Source: Candidatus Omnitrophota bacterium
GTDB lineage: Bacteria; Omnitrophota; Gorgyraeia; JAGLLT01
Direction: 5' to 3'
Assembly: GCA_023140385.1 (NCBI GenBank)
Contig: JAGLLT010000044.1
Coordinates: forward strand, 1 to 40,238
Length of the DNA stretch: 40,238 nt
Within the stretch, counting starts at the first letter, position 1; each line of letters starts with the position of its first letter. Under the pieces are notes generated by a model. That model did not search any database and was not told where the DNA came from. It saw only the letters and a program-made list of their open reading frames with translations. The translations under genes were made by a program, and so were the position numbers. Positions 37,151 through 40,238 of the stretch are shown in pieces.

Positions 37151-38155
37151 TCAGGGGCTCTCCCCTTGCCGCCAGTCTCTTAGGCAAATAATAGTTTCAA
37201 AACCCGGCGGCGGATCAATTACTATAGAATCATCGTAAGTAATGGTCGCGCTATCGCTATCTTTAAGATCAAAATTTCCTCCAGCGATAATTACACCCGT
37301 TATATTAAGATTTACCGCCTCTTTTACATCAAGATTACCTTCCATATCCGCTCCGGCATAGATTAAGCCAAAAATAGTTACATTTAGCGTATTCTTTAAA
37401 TCAATATTGCCGTTCGCGACTAAGGCCGGATTTGGCGACGTAGCAGTAATGGTAATATTACTATTTCCCCTCATCTCAATGGCTCCCGTTGCTATAATTG
37501 AACCATCAATAGTAACATCGCTTTCAACGATAACACCACCATCAACAAACCACACACCGGAATAGTCCGTCCCGGGACCCTGATCGCTAAACGTATAATT
37601 CCCGGATATATCCTGGCCCGCATCTGCTACACCTTTAAAATAAGAAAAATTTACAGTTGGCAAATCGGTGGCGCCCTCCATTTGATCTCCTGTTACGGTA
37701 AGATTAGTGGCGCCCTTATCATCAATCTTACCACCCACATAAATAACGTAACTAAAAAGATCGGAAAGGCTATCCGTATCAATGCCTGCACTTTGATAAA
37801 TCGTCATAGTAATCTCATGCGCCGTAGCGGTCGACGCAAAGGTATGCACACCGCTATCTTCAGTAACTCGAACAGTATAAGTTCCCACCCCCAGCGGCAC
37901 GTCAGTAAAGTTGTTTACCCAGTATTGAGAGTCTGTGAGAAGGCTGGGAGCATCAATAGCGGCATTTAGGCTTTTTTCTAGACCGGCTTCTGCCAGCCAA
38001 AAAACCTGCTTTTCATGATAATCCCTAACGCTTAGCGCCTTTTCATTTAGGGTAATGTTTATATACAGGCTCATCATAAGAATAGAAGTAACCATCACAA
38101 ATACGACGGCAATTAAAATAAATCCTTTATTGCTTGTCGTCTTAATTTTTTTCAT
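37151..38155 (-). CDS. PilX-like minor pilin with beta-rich C-terminal repeats
   Basis: KG/FIL prepilin site without E5, the PilX-type FWLAEAGLE motif, and Gly/Ile-rich beta repeats. Confidence 0.8.
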   Translation of the reverse strand: MKKIKTTSNKGFILIAVVFVMVTSILMMSLYINITLNEKALSVRDYHEKQVFWLAEAGLEKSLNAAIDAPSLLTDSQYWVNNFTDVPLGVGTYTVRVTEDSGVHTFASTATAHEITMTIYQSAGIDTDSLSDLFSYVIYVGGKIDDKGATNLTVTGDQMEGATDLPTVNFSYFKGVADAGQDISGNYTFSDQGPGTDYSGVWFVDGGVIVESDVTIDGSIIATGAIEMRGNSNITITATSPNPALVANGNIDLKNTLNVTIFGLIYAGADMEGNLDVKEAVNLNITGVIIAGGNFDLKDSDSATITYDDSIVIDPPPGFETIICLRDWRQGESP

Positions 38156-38171
38156 ATAATGCCTTAAGCTT

Positions 38172-38750
38172 CTAATTTCTTAAACCAGTTTTACTATTCA
38201 GCGTTTGTGTTTCATAAACTCCAGACCCTAAGGGCATTTTGATTTGCCCTGTTATACTAATGCCCACCATATCAACAACTCCGTCAACCGGGTCATCAAC
38301 ATCTAAATACGTAAATTCTAAAGCGGATATCTCTATCGGATCAACATTGACACTATGCCAGGTAAAGCTTCCGCCGGGTTCACCTACGTTCGCGTCTTTA
38401 GTATATTGCAAAGTTGTACCGTCCAGCCGGAAACGATGTTCTTCGCCCGCTCCAAGAAGCCCGTCGTTGTTTTCATCCAGTGTATAGCGAATTTCCGCGG
38501 CAGTACTTTCCGGGCTTATTCCAAAACTACCGGAGCCCTCAGGGTCATATCCTGTCCGCCTGATACCTTGGATTATTATATCCATCGATAATCTTAAATT
38601 TCTTTGCAATTGCGCTTTTTTTGCCTGCCCGATGCTGAAATTTTGCTGATTAAGATAAAAATTATAAACACCCAAAATAATAATCGAGGCAAGCAAAGCT
38701 GCAATCATACTTTCAATAACACTAAAGCCCTTAGAGTTCTTTAATTTCAT
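38172..38750 (-). CDS. PilW-like minor pilin
   Basis: KG/FSVIES N-terminal methylation motif, LQRNLR..MD.I...IRRTGY and C-terminal LRN. Confidence 0.82.
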   Translation of the reverse strand: MKLKNSKGFSVIESMIAALLASIIILGVYNFYLNQQNFSIGQAKKAQLQRNLRLSMDIIIQGIRRTGYDPEGSGSFGISPESTAAEIRYTLDENNDGLLGAGEEHRFRLDGTTLQYTKDANVGEPGGSFTWHSVNVDPIEISALEFTYLDVDDPVDGVVDMVGISITGQIKMPLGSGVYETQTLNSKTGLRN

Positions 38751-38757
38751 AAGTTAT

Positions 38758-39153
38758 TTACTTATCAGCTTTAATAGTGGTCAACGTAACTGAATTCATT
38801 GCTGCGGAATTTGAAGGGTAAGTTATAGTTACAGTAATCACAGAAGATGACCCCACGTAACCGCCGGAACTCCACGATTTCATATATACGCCATCCGTGT
38901 CACTTCCATCCGCTACACTGCCATAAGCAGAGACTTTGTATTCCTCCAGTTTATCCTGCGCCCACAAAGAAGCAATTGACATATGATGAGATTGAGCTCT
39001 AATCTGGCTAATAGTGATAAAGCTATAAGCAACCGCTGAAACTAAAATAACAATTACAGCAACTGCTACCATAACCTCCACCAAGGTAAACGCTTTTTTA
39101 GGCCTTAACCGGAAAACTCTGAGAAATTTCTTTTTATATTTCATCCTGCCCAT
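38758..39153 (-). CDS. PilV-like minor pilin
   Basis: KA/FTLVEVMVA prepilin motif and A..WAQDKLE. Confidence 0.82.
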   Translation of the reverse strand: MGRMKYKKKFLRVFRLRPKKAFTLVEVMVAVAVIVILVSAVAYSFITISQIRAQSHHMSIASLWAQDKLEEYKVSAYGSVADGSDTDGVYMKSWSSGGYVGSSSVITVTITYPSNSAAMNSVTLTTIKADK

Positions 39154-39174
39154 TTTTAATTTATCTTTTTATAA

Positions 39175-39203
39175 AGTTTATCATATAAAAATCATTTTGT
39201 CAA
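39175..39203 (-). promoter_or_regulatory. Putative sigma70 promoter for the pilin cluster
   Basis: TTGACA-17 bp-TAAACT with extended -10 TG. Confidence 0.65.
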
Positions 39204-39237
39204 AGCGAATACCGATAAAAAAACCGGTGAAAAAAAT

Positions 39238-40224
39238 TTACAGCATAAGCTTTCTAACATCCTCTTTTTTAAGAGGCATTACCTCTATTATTTTAATCCC
39301 TGTTCCCGGTATTAAAAGGCTGACACTTACGGGGCCTTTACTTTTTGTATAGGCGGATAATATCCCGGCCGCCAGATTCTGAAGATCAGCCGCGGCCTCT
39401 TTATTAAGGAGAGCCGTGGGGCCGGGAACATCGCGGAGCTTTAACAGTATGCTTGCCTCAGCCCTTAACTCTTCGATAAGCTCATTGTCCTCTTTGTCTC
39501 TTCCGACGATTAGTTTTGTAAATTTATCAAGGCGAAAATGGCGTCCCGCCTTTAAGAGTTTGGCGTTATAAAAATCAAACTGCTTGTGCGCTATCAGATC
39601 CTTAACCTTTTGGCAAAACTGGCCATCGGTTAAAAGGCATCCGCCTCCGGGAGTTTGATATTTTTTTATTTTCATTCTTTTCGCCATCTCAAACTGTCTT
39701 TTTCTCGAACGCCCGTTAATATCAAACAATTTCTCTCTTATCACCCAGCCTTCTCTTTCAGGAACAGTCTCCGCTAAGAGTTTAGCTGACAGCGGCCGTA
39801 ATACTAAGCCTTCCACAGAAGCTTCTTTGTCTATTAATAAAAGGGTATTTTTCATCTGGGACATAGGCCGCTCACCCAAAACATCCCCGGTTATGATGAA
39901 ACTCGCCCCATCTTCTATCATAATCTTTTTTGCCTCTTTCAGCATAAAGGCGTGGCAATCAACACAGGGATTAAGATTTTTCCCATAGCCAAATTTAGGG
40001 CTTTCAATTATTCTTAAATAAGAAGTTGATTTATTCAAATCTAAAACGCGGCTTTTTATTTTTAAATCACGGCAGGCGGATAAGGCCGCGTCAAGGGGAT
40101 TTTTAGAAGGCATAAAAGGAAAATTGAGAGTCAGGGCTTCAACTTCAATATCCTGCTCGAGAAGCAGTTTAGCGGCCAGAATACTGTCCAGGCCGCCGCT
40201 TATGAGAGAAATAGCTTTAACCAA
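39238..40224 (-). CDS. PP-loop tRNA sulfurtransferase (ThiI/MnmA-like) with C-terminal DUF814-like region
   Basis: SGGLDS, NPCVDCH, TGDVLGERPMSQ, LRPLSA, PGGGCLLT and GRHFRL motifs; TTG start near the window edge. Confidence 0.85.
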   Translation of the reverse strand: MVKAISLISGGLDSILAAKLLLEQDIEVEALTLNFPFMPSKNPLDAALSACRDLKIKSRVLDLNKSTSYLRIIESPKFGYGKNLNPCVDCHAFMLKEAKKIMIEDGASFIITGDVLGERPMSQMKNTLLLIDKEASVEGLVLRPLSAKLLAETVPEREGWVIREKLFDINGRSRKRQFEMAKRMKIKKYQTPGGGCLLTDGQFCQKVKDLIAHKQFDFYNAKLLKAGRHFRLDKFTKLIVGRDKEDNELIEELRAEASILLKLRDVPGPTALLNKEAAADLQNLAAGILSAYTKSKGPVSVSLLIPGTGIKIIEVMPLKKEDVRKLML

Positions 40225-40238
40225 AGCACCAACCTGTT

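Noticed and set aside
36984..37187. 67-aa minus-strand ORF
   Set aside because: It overlaps the pilX end and spans a clear promoter and RBS of the lipoprotein gene, with no motif.

Overview
Chromosomal window from an uncultured-type bacterium. Gene content and repeat style suggest PVC/Omnitrophota, which is an inference. Every credible gene is on the minus strand. The backbone is housekeeping: glyQS, recO, mgtE, phoH-7TM/HD-ybeY-dgkA, a short aspS, guaB3, groESL with a perfect CIRCE, nadC/birA/coaX, rluB, valS, hom-thrC-apgM-lysC-cimA, tRNA-Pro(GGG), gpsA-plsY-pgsA, three minor-pilin genes and a PP-loop tRNA thiolase. Two accessory regions interrupt it. (1) Between cimA and valS (about 24.35-27.6 kb) lies an integron-type cassette array with no integrase in the window (CALIN): four attC-like sites (one intact, one slightly degenerate, two halves), a possible attI, and three cassettes (two homologous membrane-anchored unknown proteins flanking an HNH nuclease). 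It is bracketed by an MntA-HepT toxin-antitoxin pair and HigBA-like relics. (2) Between nadC and birA lies a lipoprotein + radical SAM/SPASM pair bounded by short inverted repeats, followed by a zinc-ribbon gene, osmC-like gene and a truncated MTH1187-family fragment. Other oddities: a two-hairpin element repeated in two gene leaders, heptamer repeats inserted in frame in valS, groEL reading through its own terminator, and an AspRS lacking the GAD domain.
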